From the NCBI GenBank assembly GCA_902582695.1, contig CACHTH010000001.1, positions 7,279 through 71,278 of the forward strand: a DNA stretch of 64,000 nucleotides, read 5' to 3'. This document shows, in pieces, positions 46,182 to 57,582 of this stretch; the first letter of the stretch is position 1, and every line of letters starts with the position of its first letter. The notes beneath the pieces were generated by a model. It was not told the DNA's origin and did not search any database. It saw only the letters and a program-made list of their open reading frames with translations. The translations under genes and the position numbers were made by a program. Origin of the DNA: an uncultured Candidatus Actinomarina sp. (GTDB lineage: Bacteria > Actinomycetota > Acidimicrobiia > Actinomarinales > Actinomarinaceae).

Positions 46182-46834
46182 GATTTACAAATATTGAGAA
46201 ATATTATTTTAAGTCTGACAATGTTATTGGATTTCTATCTGATCTTTCACATTTCAATAGTGAAATTGACCATATAAAGCTTCACGAAGAAACCATTGTT
46301 AAGAATGAAATACATGCTGGTGTGGATATTATGAATTTCGAGCCTATTGTTCTGTCTTTGTATCCAGATATAATCTTAGACGATCTTTCAGATTCATTTG
46401 AAACAGAAAAACTTATACTTCTTGACGGACATCACAGATGGAAGTATGCAAATGGACTTAATTTAATAGATAAATTGAAGTGCATATTGGTAAATTTCAA
46501 AGATGTAAAGATCGAATCTTATCTTTTTAATATAAATCTTGATACAGATGAATTTTTAAATTTTTTAAATAAGGAAGGCTTTAGTAATTCAAATCAGGGA
46601 ACCATTGGAATTTTTTTCAGTAATGAAATGTATGTAAACAATAATATATCAAATATTTCTGAACTATATAACTTTAAAAAAACTTTGCAAGAAAATGAGA
46701 TAATTACTCCAATTCTTGATAATAAACATGACTCTTCAAAATTAATTAAATTCACACCGTTAAGTTCAAACGACTTATTAAATGTCAACCATTTACTACC
46801 TCCAAAATCAACCTGGATTACCCCAAGGATTTAA
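46178..46834 (+). CDS. short DUF1015-like protein (DGHHR motif)
   Basis: 218 aa. LILLDGHHRWKYA and the C-terminal LLPPKSTWITPRI resemble the DGHHR and PxKSTyFxPK motifs of DUF1015 (from recall), at about half the usual length. The TTG start overlaps the serC stop (TTGA). Confidence 0.45.
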   Translation: MRFTNIEKYYFKSDNVIGFLSDLSHFNSEIDHIKLHEETIVKNEIHAGVDIMNFEPIVLSLYPDIILDDLSDSFETEKLILLDGHHRWKYANGLNLIDKLKCILVNFKDVKIESYLFNINLDTDEFLNFLNKEGFSNSNQGTIGIFFSNEMYVNNNISNISELYNFKKTLQENEIITPILDNKHDSSKLIKFTPLSSNDLLNVNHLLPPKSTWITPRI

Positions 46835-47926
46835 ATGAAAATTGCACACATAATAAATTCATTAAACAGGGGTGGTGCAGAAAGTCATTTACTTGAGTTA
46901 GTTAAAGCACAATCCACCACAGGATTAATTACAGATGTAATTGTTATTGGTGAAGATAGCTCTGATATATTATCAATTAAAAAGGAGCTCTCTAGTGTTT
47001 GTAGGAAAATCTATAGACTGAGAGGCCCTCGTATGTTCAATATTTTTTCCTACATAAAACTTCAAAAAATAATAAGGAATAATTCTTATGACGTGATCCA
47101 CTCACATCAACCAAGAAGTGATTTTATGGTTTATCTTTTAAAAAAATATTTATTTTCAGACAATCTGTTTAAATGGATTGTATCTATTCACGGTAAATAC
47201 GATTCTTATCTAGATAACAATATCCAAAAAAAATTTAAGTTATATTTTTTTAAAAAATTAGTAAAGTCTTGGAATACTGCTGACGAAGTAATTGTAATTT
47301 CCAATGAAGTAGAGTCTTGGCTAGATAGTCATACAAAACTTATTAAACCACACGTAATAAATTATTGGATTTCTTTAAAAAGTTATAAATTAGTTGATTT
47401 GAATTCTTCAATCAATATTGGTTTTTTAGGAAGATTAAATAAAAACAAAGGTATTGAAGATCTTATTGAATCTTTAAATGAAGTAGATTTAGATTTCAAT
47501 TTATCAATAGGAGGCTTTGGAACAGAAAATTATATAAATTTTTTACAACAAAAAATGAATGAAAATGTTTTAAATAGGTCAAAATTCCTTGGGTATGTGG
47601 AAGATCAATCAAAATTTTTTGAGAATATTGATATATTCGTTTTTCCATCTTATTCTGAAGGTCTTGGATTAGTCTTATTAGAAGCCATGAGTTATCAAAA
47701 GATATGTATTACAAGAAATGTTGAACCAATGAATCAGTTTATTAATGATGAAAACGGATATTTATTTAACAATACAGATGATTTAAAACAACGTATTTTA
47801 CAAGCCTCTAAAGATTTAAACAATGAAGAAGTAATTAATGAGAAAATTCACAATTTGAAAAAAGTATTAGAAATATATGACATTAAAAATGTATTTCCTA
47901 AAATATTAGAAGTATATAACTTATGA
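46835..47926 (+). CDS. GT4-family glycosyltransferase (GT-B fold)
   Basis: 363 aa with NRGGAESH at the N-terminus and the EX7E region [18 protein letters not shown]. Confidence 0.85.
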   Translation: MKIAHIINSLNRGGAESHLLELVKAQSTTGLITDVIVIGEDSSDILSIKKELSSVCRKIYRLRGPRMFNIFSYIKLQKIIRNNSYDVIHSHQPRSDFMVYLLKKYLFSDNLFKWIVSIHGKYDSYLDNNIQKKFKLYFFKKLVKSWNTADEVIVISNEVESWLDSHTKLIKPHVINYWISLKSYKLVDLNSSINIGFLGRLNKNKGIEDLIESLNEVDLDFNLSIGGFGTENYINFLQQKMNENVLNRSKFLGYVEDQSKFFENIDIFVFPSYSEGLGLVLLEAMSYQKICITRNVEPMNQFINDENGYLFNNTDDLKQRILQASKDLNNEEVINEKIHNLKKVLEIYDIKNVFPKILEVYNL

Positions 47927-50352
47927 ATGAATATAACTTTCAAAAAATTGAATCAAAATGGCAGAAACATTGGTCAGAAAATAATTCAATAAAATGTGAT
48001 ATTAATTCAAAAGAAAAAAATTTTTATAATTTATGTATGTATCCATATCCTTCTGGAGATTTGCATATGGGCCATATCAGAAACTATACAATCGGCGACG
48101 TAATTACTAGATACAAAATGTTGAATGGATACAATGTTTTATCACCAATGGGGTGGGACTCTTTCGGACTTCCAGCCGAAAATGCAGCAATTAAAACTGG
48201 AATTCACCCAAAAACCTTTACAGAGGAGCGTATAAAAAATATGAAAGATCAAATAATTAGACTTGGCTCACTTTATGAATGGGATAGAGAAGTATCTGCT
48301 CACAGCAAGGACTACTATAAATGGACACAATTTATTTTTGTTAAACTTTTTAAGAATAAGTTAGCTTACAAAAAAGATGCTCCTGTTAATTGGTGTGATT
48401 CATGTAAGACGGTATTAGCAAATGAACAAGTTATTGAAGGAAATTGTGATAGATGTGATGCCATAGTTGATCAAAAAAACCTTAATCAATGGTTTTTAAA
48501 AATATCTGATTACTCAGATGAGCTTTTAGATGGACTGGATGAAATAGGAGATTGGCCTGAGAATGTAAAAGCTATGCAGCAAAATTGGATAGGTAAATCT
48601 GAAGGTGCAGAATTTTCACTCAACATTGAAAATACAGACTTAACCTTTGATGTTTTCACTACAAGGCCAGATACATTATTTGGCATGACCTTTGCTGTAT
48701 TGTCACCTGAGCACCAGCTCATGAGTGAAATTCTTTCTATTTCATCAAATAGCACTGAAATTCAAAATTATATTGATAGCGCTAAAAAGAAATCTGAGTT
48801 TGAGCGAATGTCACTTACAAAAGAAAAAACAGGAGTTGACACAGGCCTATTTGTTATAAATCCAGTTAATGGAAAAAAAGTTTCACTTTGGATAGCTGAT
48901 TACGTATTGATTAACTATGGTACAGGTGCAATTATGGCTGTACCTGGCCATGATCAAAGAGATTATGATTTTGCTAAAAAATATGGAATTGAAATAATCC
49001 AAGTTATATCTGATAAAAACAAGAAATCTTCAATAGAGAAAGAAGCATTCGTTGGAGAAGGGATTCTTATTAACTCTGGACATTTCGATAATCTAGAATC
49101 ACATACTGAAGCTTCAAATAAGATCGTAAAGTTTTTGGAAGATAACAAAATTGGTACTAGTAAAACTACATTCCGTTTAAGAGACTGGTTAATTAGCCGA
49201 CAAAGATATTGGGGTTGTCCTATTCCTTTAATTAATTGTGATAAGTGTGGAATGGTACCTGAAAGTGAAGATAATTTACCAGTTTTATTGCCAGAAATAG
49301 ATGATTATAAAAATACAAATGAATCGCCTCTCGCTAAGAGTGAGGAATTTATCAATACAAACTGCCCTGAATGTGGATATGAGGCTATAAGAGAAACAGA
49401 TACAATGGATACATTTGTTGATTCATCTTGGTATTTTTTAAGATTTGTTGATCCAAAAAACCAAGATATTCCATTTGATGCCAAAAAAGTCAATAATTGG
49501 CTTCCTGTAGATCAATACATAGGTGGAGTTGAGCATGCAATTCTTCACTTGCTTTATTCAAGATTTTTTGTAAAGGCATTAAGAGATATGAATTATTTAG
49601 ACTTTTCCGAACCATTTCAAAATTTATTTTCACAAGGCATGATAAATTTTGGAGGATCCAAGATGTCAAAATCAAAAGGTAATACTGTTGATCCAGAATC
49701 ATATTTTGCAACACATGGAGCAGATGCTTTAAGATTATATATTTTATTTATGGCACCTCCAAGTGACGGAGTAGAGTGGAATGATGGTGGTATCGAAGGT
49801 ACCAAAAGATTTTTGAACAAATTCTGGGAAAATATTGAAAGATTATCAAATTTAGAAGTAATAGGTAGTTCAGTTAATGACGAAAGTATAGTTAGAAAAG
49901 TAAACCAAAGTATAAATTCAGTTTCAAAACATCTTGATAAATTTGAATTTAATACAGCGGTTTCCGATTTAATGAAACTAAATAATGAATTATCAGATTA
50001 TTTAAAAAATACTCAAGCAATATCTAAAAGCTCCAAAGACATGGTCATTAAAAATATAAGTATACTGTTATTTCCAATGGCCCCTCATATTGCATCTGAA
50101 ATCTATGAAAATTATTTCGGTGAAGATTTAATAAATATTACATGGCCACCAGTTGATACTGAAAACTTAAAAGACCCTACATATGAACTTGTGATACAGA
50201 TAAATGGTAAAAAAAGATTTACAAGAGAGACTGATACAGGACTTGAACAATCAGAAGTAGAAAAAATTTGTAAAGATGATTTTGACATTAATACGACTGA
50301 TTTTAAAAAAATAATTTATATACAAGATAAAATTATAAATTTTGTTGGATAA
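47923..50352 (+). CDS. leuS: leucine--tRNA ligase
   Basis: 809 aa with the HIGH motif (DLHMGHI), KMSKS and a Zn-binding Cys cluster (CDSC...CDRC). Confidence 0.95.
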   Translation: MNEYNFQKIESKWQKHWSENNSIKCDINSKEKNFYNLCMYPYPSGDLHMGHIRNYTIGDVITRYKMLNGYNVLSPMGWDSFGLPAENAAIKTGIHPKTFTEERIKNMKDQIIRLGSLYEWDREVSAHSKDYYKWTQFIFVKLFKNKLAYKKDAPVNWCDSCKTVLANEQVIEGNCDRCDAIVDQKNLNQWFLKISDYSDELLDGLDEIGDWPENVKAMQQNWIGKSEGAEFSLNIENTDLTFDVFTTRPDTLFGMTFAVLSPEHQLMSEILSISSNSTEIQNYIDSAKKKSEFERMSLTKEKTGVDTGLFVINPVNGKKVSLWIADYVLINYGTGAIMAVPGHDQRDYDFAKKYGIEIIQVISDKNKKSSIEKEAFVGEGILINSGHFDNLESHTEASNKIVKFLEDNKIGTSKTTFRLRDWLISRQRYWGCPIPLINCDKCGMVPESEDNLPVLLPEIDDYKNTNESPLAKSEEFINTNCPECGYEAIRETDTMDTFVDSSWYFLRFVDPKNQDIPFDAKKVNNWLPVDQYIGGVEHAILHLLYSRFFVKALRDMNYLDFSEPFQNLFSQGMINFGGSKMSKSKGNTVDPESYFATHGADALRLYILFMAPPSDGVEWNDGGIEGTKRFLNKFWENIERLSNLEVIGSSVNDESIVRKVNQSINSVSKHLDKFEFNTAVSDLMKLNNELSDYLKNTQAISKSSKDMVIKNISILLFPMAPHIASEIYENYFGEDLINITWPPVDTENLKDPTYELVIQINGKKRFTRETDTGLEQSEVEKICKDDFDINTTDFKKIIYIQDKIINFVG

Positions 50353-51014
50353 TGAAGCTACTTGTAACTGATAATCTAGTATCAAATCTAAATCAATTAG
50401 ATAGTTTTAATATAAGTCTTGAAAAAATTTCCATAAAAGATATTCCCAATCAAGCACAATCTCTATTTGATGATGATAAATTCAAATTTATATTTGATGA
50501 ATTTATAACTATTTCATCTTTTAAGAAATTAAAAATTGATTTAGAAGATAACTATATCTTTCAAATTAAGAAATCAAATTTGTCTAAATTCACATCACTT
50601 GGGTCTGACGTTGATGTTTTGTATCTTGACTCTCAAAAAAAAGAAAGTTATTTTCCGTGGGATTTAACTAATTTAATATATAATTCTAGAAAATCAATAG
50701 ATCTCAATTTGCTGGATTCATTCACTTCCAATGAGAGAGACTTTAGAAATTTTTTGTCGTATTTTATCAAAGAACTTATCAGATTAAAACTATTAACTGA
50801 GTTTGATCCAAATGAAGTTGCTAAAATTTTAAAAGAAAAAAAAGATTATAAATACAATGATGCTTTAAAAAAAATTAAGAGTTTAGATAAAAAGAAAATC
50901 AATAGAGCTATTCAATATAGCCATAAAATTGAAAAAAGTATGAATCTATATGGATATGAACTTGAAAATTCTAAAAGATATTTAATTTCTATAAAAAAAT
51001 TACTAGAGTTTTGA
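50352..51014 (+). CDS. hypothetical protein; possible strongly reduced DNA polymerase III delta subunit (holA-like) by synteny
   Basis: 220-aa helical, Lys-rich ORF. It is convergent with rpsT, which is the position holA occupies in Gram-positive and actinobacterial genomes. No diagnostic motif was seen. Confidence 0.3.
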   Translation: MKLLVTDNLVSNLNQLDSFNISLEKISIKDIPNQAQSLFDDDKFKFIFDEFITISSFKKLKIDLEDNYIFQIKKSNLSKFTSLGSDVDVLYLDSQKKESYFPWDLTNLIYNSRKSIDLNLLDSFTSNERDFRNFLSYFIKELIRLKLLTEFDPNEVAKILKEKKDYKYNDALKKIKSLDKKKINRAIQYSHKIEKSMNLYGYELENSKRYLISIKKLLEF

Positions 51015-51227
51015 AATTTTAGATTTGTTTCTGTCTCTGAAATTTTTAGTAATAATACCTTTTGAGTAAGCGATATCTAAAGTTTTAAGTGCATTTGACT
51101 TATTTTCAACAGAACTATCTTCGACTGATTTAAGAACTGTTTTAAGTTCAGTTTTAATAGATTTGTTTCTTAAATTTCTTTTCTTATCTTGTCTTATTCT
51201 CTTTTTTTGTGAATTATTATTAGCCAT
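51003..51227 (-). CDS. rpsT: 30S ribosomal protein S20
   Basis: 74 aa, beginning MANNNSQKKRIRQDKKRNLRNKS and basic and helical throughout. Confidence 0.92.
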   Translation of the reverse strand: MANNNSQKKRIRQDKKRNLRNKSIKTELKTVLKSVEDSSVENKSNALKTLDIAYSKGIITKNFRDRNKSKISKL

Positions 51228-51266
51228 GTAAAACCTTTCGGTATATAAGATATTAACTTAATAAAT

Positions 51267-53045
51267 ATGTTAGATAATAAAAATATAAGAAATATTTCAA
51301 TTATTGCTCATGTTGATCACGGTAAATCAACATTAGCTGATAGATTGATCGAAATGTCTGGTCTCATAAAACCAGGAGAACATTTAGATCAAATCTTAGA
51401 CAATATGGAACTTGAACGTGAAAAAGGAATCACTATAAAATCACAGCCCATAAGGCTCAAGTTTGAAAATGTAACACTAAATTTAATTGACACTCCAGGA
51501 CATGTTGATTTTTCTTATGAAGTTTCAAGAGCTTTAATTGCATGTGACGGTGCGATTTTATTAGTAGATGCGACTCAAGGAATTCAAGCTCAAACTTTTG
51601 CTCATTCTTATGCAGCAATTGAAGCTGGTTTAGAGGTAATACCGGTGTTAAATAAAATTGACTCGATAGACGCGGATAAAGAATCTGCAAAAAAACAAAT
51701 TTTTAATTTAATAGGATCTAGCCAAGATGAAATTTTTGAAATTTCTGCAAAAACTGGAAGTGGGGTTAATGAGTTATTAAATGCAATTCCAGAATTAGTT
51801 AATCCACCAGTTCAAAAGACAAAAGATGCAAATGCACTGATTTTTGACTCATTTTTTGATTCTTACAGAGGAGTAGTAGCATCCGTTAGAGTTTTTGGTG
51901 ATGAAATTAACATGAATCAAAAACTAAAGTTAGTCAATTCAAGATATACTTTTGAACCAACTGAAATGGGTTATTTTGATTTAAAATTTAATCCTTCCGA
52001 AAAGCTATCTTCCGGTGAAGTAGGCTATATTATTACTGGTGCAAAAGACTTGTCCCAAATAAGAGTTGGAGACACTTTAGTTCAAGATAAAGATGATAAT
52101 CCTATTGTTGTTTCAGGATACAAAGAACCTCAGCCAACTGTTTTCTCCAGCGTTTTTCCAGCTGACTCAGACGATTATACAAAATTAAGAGATTCTCTTG
52201 ATAAGTATGTATTAAATGATGCAAGTTTTTTTTACGAACCTGAAACATCATCTGCTTTTGGATTTGGATTTAGATGTGGTTTCTTAGGATTATTACATTT
52301 AGAAATTGTTGTTGAACGGCTTGAAAGAGAATTTGATCTCTCTTTAATAGTTACACCGCCTTCTGTTGAGTTTAAAATAACACGAAATAATGATGAGGAA
52401 ATAATTATTCGCAATCCAAGTGAAATTGACAAATATACAGATATCAAATCAATTCAAGAAAAGTACTGTGAAATAAATCTTTTGTTCCCTAAAGAATACC
52501 TCGGTTCAATTATGCAGTTGTTGAATGATAAAAGAGGAATACAAGAAGATTTAAATTATTTGAGTACAACAATGGTAAAAATTAGATACAAGCTGCCTCT
52601 TTTAGAACTTGTAAATGGTTTTTATGACTCTCTAAAGTCAATTTCACAAGGTTTTGCTTCATTAGACTATAATATTTTAGATTTTGAACCTGGAAACTTA
52701 GTAAAACTTGATATTTTAGTTAATGGTGAAGCAATTGATTCATTTAGTTCCATTCTTGCTAAAGAAAATGCAGAATTCATTGGAAGAAGTAGGGTTAAGA
52801 AGTTGTCTGATTTAATACCCAGGCAACAATTTGATATCCCAATTCAAGCGGCTATCGGATCAAGAATTATTGCTAGGGAAACAATTAAAGCACTAAGGAA
52901 AGATGTTACTGCAAAACTTTATGGTGGTGACGTTACAAGAAAGAGAAAATTACTTGAAAAACAAAAAGAAGGTAAAAAAAAGATGAGACAGATTGGTAAG
53001 GTTAGTGTTCCGAAAGAAGCTTTTAGGGAGTTTCTTAAACAATAA
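51267..53045 (+). CDS. lepA: translation elongation factor 4 (LepA)
   Basis: 592 aa with G1 AHVDHGKST and G3 DTPGHVDF, plus a LepA-specific C-terminus (KLYGGDVTRKRKLLEKQKEGKKKM). Confidence 0.95.
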   Translation: MLDNKNIRNISIIAHVDHGKSTLADRLIEMSGLIKPGEHLDQILDNMELEREKGITIKSQPIRLKFENVTLNLIDTPGHVDFSYEVSRALIACDGAILLVDATQGIQAQTFAHSYAAIEAGLEVIPVLNKIDSIDADKESAKKQIFNLIGSSQDEIFEISAKTGSGVNELLNAIPELVNPPVQKTKDANALIFDSFFDSYRGVVASVRVFGDEINMNQKLKLVNSRYTFEPTEMGYFDLKFNPSEKLSSGEVGYIITGAKDLSQIRVGDTLVQDKDDNPIVVSGYKEPQPTVFSSVFPADSDDYTKLRDSLDKYVLNDASFFYEPETSSAFGFGFRCGFLGLLHLEIVVERLEREFDLSLIVTPPSVEFKITRNNDEEIIIRNPSEIDKYTDIKSIQEKYCEINLLFPKEYLGSIMQLLNDKRGIQEDLNYLSTTMVKIRYKLPLLELVNGFYDSLKSISQGFASLDYNILDFEPGNLVKLDILVNGEAIDSFSSILAKENAEFIGRSRVKKLSDLIPRQQFDIPIQAAIGSRIIARETIKALRKDVTAKLYGGDVTRKRKLLEKQKEGKKKMRQIGKVSVPKEAFREFLKQ

Positions 53046-53680
53046 TGTTTACTCCAACTATCTTTTTACCTGAAGTCGATTCAAATAAGAAAAAAGTTTC
53101 TATAGATAATTCTAAAATTCATCATCTTAAAAATGTCTTAAGAGTAAAAGATTTTGATAGTGTAAATATCTCAAATGGAATTGGCGAATTATTTCAAGGT
53201 CGTCTTGTGAAAGATCATGTAGAAATAAATTCTCAAAAAAAATATTCTAGAAAAAATGAAATTTCCATATTTGTTCCTTATCTTAGGGAAAAAAACCGAT
53301 TTAGATTTATGATTGAAAAGCTAGTCGAGTTAAATGTCTATAGATTATTTATCGGTAAAACTCAAAATACCCAAAACACAAAGTTCGATATCGAAAAAAT
53401 TCATAATTGGGCAATATCAGCTGTTGAACAATCTGGTACACCATTTTTTCCAAAAATAGAAATTGCTGATTCTATAAACTATACAATTTTTAATTCTTGT
53501 TTTGATATTTCGGGAGATACGTTCGATAAAGAACAGACAAATGTAAAAGCCTTTGCAATTGGTCCAGAGGGTGGTTGGACCAGTGATGAATTATCAAATT
53601 TTCAATATAAATATAAGATATCAGATTTTAGCTTGAGAACTGAAACTGCAGCAATATCTGCAGTATCATTAATAATGTAA
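53045..53680 (+). CDS. rsmE: 16S rRNA (uracil1498-N3)-methyltransferase RsmE
   Basis: 211 aa with an N-terminal PUA-like region (HHLKNVLRVK) and a SPOUT knot segment (IGPEGGWTSDE). Confidence 0.8.
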   Translation: MFTPTIFLPEVDSNKKKVSIDNSKIHHLKNVLRVKDFDSVNISNGIGELFQGRLVKDHVEINSQKKYSRKNEISIFVPYLREKNRFRFMIEKLVELNVYRLFIGKTQNTQNTKFDIEKIHNWAISAVEQSGTPFFPKIEIADSINYTIFNSCFDISGDTFDKEQTNVKAFAIGPEGGWTSDELSNFQYKYKISDFSLRTETAAISAVSLIM

Positions 53681-53688
53681 AATACTAT

Positions 53689-54030
53689 ATGGAAAATAAA
53701 TCAGTTTTTGAAATGATTTTATCTGGAGAAATTGATTCAGATATAATTTATGAAGATGAACAAATATTTGCAATACATGATATAAACCCTGTTGCAAAAG
53801 TACATATTTTAATAATTCCTAAAAAGAAAATCCCAACCATAAATGATCTGTCAGAAAGTGATATAAATCTTGTAGGCGGTATGTTTGTGTGTGCAAAGAA
53901 CTTAGCAAAAAAATTTGATATAGATCAAACAGGGTATAGATTGCTTTTTAATACTAACGATGATGCAATGCAAACTGTTTTCCATATACACCTACACCTA
54001 ATCGGTGGAGAAAAATTGAAAAATATATAA
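53689..54030 (+). CDS. HIT-family nucleotide hydrolase/transferase
   Basis: 113 aa with the histidine triad HIHLHLIGG. Confidence 0.9.
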   Translation: MENKSVFEMILSGEIDSDIIYEDEQIFAIHDINPVAKVHILIIPKKKIPTINDLSESDINLVGGMFVCAKNLAKKFDIDQTGYRLLFNTNDDAMQTVFHIHLHLIGGEKLKNI

Positions 54031-54962
54031 TGACATTTGAAAAAATAATCCCTTTTGATCAAGAATTAGTAAATATATTTGGTGTAAACGATCAAAACCT
54101 TAATTATTTAAAATCTTTATTTCCAAACTTAGAAATAAATGTTCGAGGTAATGTTATTTACATAAATGGAAGCACTAAAGACACACAAGAGGCTACAAGA
54201 ATACTCGATGAAATGATAATTATGGGATCAAAAAATGAAACGATAGAGATTCCTGATTTAGAATTAATTGCAAAAATTAAAAACCCAGAAAAACTTGAAA
54301 ATTCAAAAGTCAGCCAGCTTAATGTAATTGATAATAAATTTATAAAAGTTAAAAATCTAAATCAGTTTAAATATTTAGAAACTATTGATAATTCAACTAT
54401 AACTTTTGGCATTGGACCAGCAGGGACAGGTAAAACATTTCTAGCGGTTGCCAGTGCAGTGAAAATGTATTCTGAAAATAAAATAAAAAAAATTGTTTTA
54501 ACACGACCTGCTGTTGAAGCTGGTGAAAGATTAGGATACCTTCCAGGAGACCTTTCACAAAAAATTGATCCTTACCTAGTTCCACTCTTTGATTCTCTAG
54601 AATATTTTTTTGGAAATGAAACCTTACAATATTTAATTGATAAAAGAAATATTGAAATAGTACCTCTTGCATACATGCGTGGGAGAACTTTAAATGATGC
54701 TTGTATCATATTAGATGAAGCACAGAATGCAACTATAAGTCAGATTAAAATGTTCCTCACTAGGTTGGGAGAAAATTCAAAAATGATCATTACAGGTGAT
54801 GAAACACAAATAGATTTAAATAACAGGACATTCTCTGGTTTAAAAAAAACAAGAAAAACTTTATCAAAAATAGAAGAAGTATCTGTATTAGAATTTGAGA
54901 ACACTGATATTGTGAGAAATAAAATAGTGTCTAAAATTTTGGAAATTTTCCCAGACAAATAA
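54030..54962 (+). CDS. phoH: PhoH-like ATPase
   Basis: 310 aa with Walker A GPAGTGKT, ILDEAQN and ITGDETQIDL. Confidence 0.92.
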   Translation: MTFEKIIPFDQELVNIFGVNDQNLNYLKSLFPNLEINVRGNVIYINGSTKDTQEATRILDEMIIMGSKNETIEIPDLELIAKIKNPEKLENSKVSQLNVIDNKFIKVKNLNQFKYLETIDNSTITFGIGPAGTGKTFLAVASAVKMYSENKIKKIVLTRPAVEAGERLGYLPGDLSQKIDPYLVPLFDSLEYFFGNETLQYLIDKRNIEIVPLAYMRGRTLNDACIILDEAQNATISQIKMFLTRLGENSKMIITGDETQIDLNNRTFSGLKKTRKTLSKIEEVSVLEFENTDIVRNKIVSKILEIFPDK

Positions 54963-57127
54963 TGAATAAGTACATAATACATTTAATAAAGATTTTTTAT
55001 ATTTTGATATTTTCTTCTGCCGTATGGTTTATATCTTTTACAATATTTCCTGAAAATCAGGTTATTAAATTAGAGATAGGGGAGGAATCACCAACCAGCT
55101 TTTCAGCTCCAAGATATCTAAGTGTTGTTGATGAAAATGCTACAAAATCACTTAAAGATAAGGCTATAAGCAATGTTCCACCTGTATATTCTTTAGATTC
55201 TTCAATAACTACAGATGTTATTGATGGAATTACTGAGATGTTTTTAACTGTAATTAAATCAAGAAATGAAGAAATACTTGAACAAAATGATGATGAAGAA
55301 CTTGAACAGTCTGATCCAAACGTCGTAATAATTGAACTTACAAAATCTGAGCAGATTCAAAAAATTAGATCTTCAGTATTATTTTCTACAATTTCCACAT
55401 CCGCCATTGAAGTTTTAGTTGAAATTTCAAATACAGATAAAAATAATAATACTAATTTTCTAACTCAAATTGAGTTTGAAGCAAAAAACAAAGCCAATGA
55501 ATTTTTGTCGAAAGGTATTGGTAATGAAAACTTAAATCAACAGAGACAAACAATAGTTTCTAATCCACCTACTTTAAATTTATCAAGTGAACTTTATGCA
55601 ATTGTCCCTGAAGCAAGAATTAGTTCGACGGTTGCAGAAATTATTGCTGAAAACTTAATTGCAAATCAAAAGCTTGAAGATGAATTATGGAATGAACAAA
55701 AAGAAAAAGCAGCGGAATCCATAGAAAATGTTACAGTCCAATTCTTCAAGGATGAAGTAATTGTAAATGAGGGTGAACCAATAAATGAAGTTACATATCA
55801 GGCTTTGAATGAGTTTGGTTTTCTATCTGGAGAATCAAGGACAGTGCAAACTGCTGCAATACCTATTATATTTGCAGTTTTTGTAATTTTATATATATTG
55901 CTATGGCGTTTGAGAGACAGTATTTGGTTAAACAATAATGAATTATTATTGATGCTTACACTTATATTGATTTCTTCAATATTCTTAAGAGGTGTTTCAT
56001 ACTTCTCTCAAGTTTCAGATTTAGAATTTATTCAGTATACATTACCTATTTCTTTTGTAGGTATTTTGTCTGTTACTTTATTAAATTTAAGAGCGACTTT
56101 AATCCTATCGTTATCTAGCTCGTTGTTGGCTCTTGCTGGTGGTGGGAATATAGGTTTAGTAGCTCTTGGCGCACTTGGAACAATTGTTCCAGCTATATTC
56201 CTATCTGAGGATACTGATAGGTCATTGTTAAGACAGAGAATTGTTTATATTTCCTTAACCCAACCACTGCTAGCTTTTGGTGTATATTTCTTTTTGCGTG
56301 ATGATGGGAACTTAACACAGATATTAATCTTCTCTTTTTTAAGTGCTTTACTGGCAAATTTAGCTGCGTTTGCTTTAACTTCATATGTAGAGAGTATTTT
56401 TAGACTTACTTCAGGTTTCAAACTTTCAGAACTAGCAGATAGAAACCACCCAGCATTAAGATATCTAGAAGATAATGCATTAGGTACTTTTAACCACTCG
56501 CTTGTAGTTGGTACACTTGCGGATAGAGCTGCAAATAAGATAGGTGCAAATAGCCAACTCGCAAGGGCTATGGCTTATTATCACGATTTAGGCAAAACTA
56601 TGAATCCAACAATGTTTGTTGAAAATCAAATTGGCTCAACAAATCCACATGATTCCCTATCACCAATAGAGTCTGCAAATATAATAAAAAGCCACGTTGT
56701 TGATGGTATTAAATTAGCTAAAAAGTTTAAAATTCCCGAAATCGTGTATCAAGGAATTCTCGAACATCATGGTGATGCAGTTTTAAGATTTTTTTACGAA
56801 AAAGAAAAAGTAGTGAATCCAAATGTTTCAAGAGAGGACTTCAGGCATTTGGGTGAAAAACCTTCCTCAAGAGAGTCAGCAATTTTAATGCTTGCAGATT
56901 CATTAGAGGCTGCTTGTAGGGCTATTTTTATGACTGAAGATGCAAATGAAGAAAAAATTAAGAATGTAATAGAGGAAATTTTTAACGAAAAAATTTCTGA
57001 TGGCCAGCTAAATAATGCTCCCATCACATTTAAAGAGCTAAAAGTTATCAGAGAATCCTTTCAAATAAGTCTTGAAGGCTTATATCACCAAAGAGTTCTT
57101 TATCCTGAAATAACTGAAGAAGAATAA
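54962..57127 (+). CDS. 7TM-HD (HDIG) membrane phosphohydrolase, PgpH/YqfF-like
   Basis: 721 aa with a large extracytoplasmic N-terminal domain, a 7-TM block and a C-terminal HD domain (HSLVVGTLA, YHDLGK, LEHHG). It sits in the conserved phoH-7TMHD-ybeY context. Confidence 0.85.
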   Translation: MNKYIIHLIKIFYILIFSSAVWFISFTIFPENQVIKLEIGEESPTSFSAPRYLSVVDENATKSLKDKAISNVPPVYSLDSSITTDVIDGITEMFLTVIKSRNEEILEQNDDEELEQSDPNVVIIELTKSEQIQKIRSSVLFSTISTSAIEVLVEISNTDKNNNTNFLTQIEFEAKNKANEFLSKGIGNENLNQQRQTIVSNPPTLNLSSELYAIVPEARISSTVAEIIAENLIANQKLEDELWNEQKEKAAESIENVTVQFFKDEVIVNEGEPINEVTYQALNEFGFLSGESRTVQTAAIPIIFAVFVILYILLWRLRDSIWLNNNELLLMLTLILISSIFLRGVSYFSQVSDLEFIQYTLPISFVGILSVTLLNLRATLILSLSSSLLALAGGGNIGLVALGALGTIVPAIFLSEDTDRSLLRQRIVYISLTQPLLAFGVYFFLRDDGNLTQILIFSFLSALLANLAAFALTSYVESIFRLTSGFKLSELADRNHPALRYLEDNALGTFNHSLVVGTLADRAANKIGANSQLARAMAYYHDLGKTMNPTMFVENQIGSTNPHDSLSPIESANIIKSHVVDGIKLAKKFKIPEIVYQGILEHHGDAVLRFFYEKEKVVNPNVSREDFRHLGEKPSSRESAILMLADSLEAACRAIFMTEDANEEKIKNVIEEIFNEKISDGQLNNAPITFKELKVIRESFQISLEGLYHQRVLYPEITEEE

Positions 57128-57132
57128 ATAAT

Positions 57133-57582
57133 TTGAAAATTATTTACAAAGGGTATTTCTATAGCAATGAAAAAATTGCATTAGAAATTGCTAGAGAAGA
57201 GTATTTAAAACATTTTAATATTTCCAAAAACTTCTTATTCTTTCTTCATTCTGTATCTAAAGAAGAGTCTGAAAAGCTTAACAAACGCTATTTTAAAAAA
57301 AATGCACCTACAGATGTACTTACAATTCCTCTATATAGAAATATAAAGGAAATTTACAAGCTAAATGAAGAAAACAAGGAAGTTCTAGGAGACTTGTTTA
57401 TTAACAGACAACTGATCAAAAATAATGCATTGAAATATGAAAAAACGATGTCAGAAGAGCTTCAATTAGTCTTGGTTCATGGTTTACTACATTTAGTTGG
57501 ATATTCCCATGAAAATGAAGATAAACTTAAAATGATTGAAAACAAAATTTTAAACAAGGTCTGGAATAATGGAAAAAGATAA
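57133..57582 (+). CDS. ybeY: endoribonuclease YbeY (rRNA maturation)
   Basis: 149 aa with a TTG start and the zinc motif HGLLHLVGYSH. Confidence 0.9.
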   Translation: MKIIYKGYFYSNEKIALEIAREEYLKHFNISKNFLFFLHSVSKEESEKLNKRYFKKNAPTDVLTIPLYRNIKEIYKLNEENKEVLGDLFINRQLIKNNALKYEKTMSEELQLVLVHGLLHLVGYSHENEDKLKMIENKILNKVWNNGKR

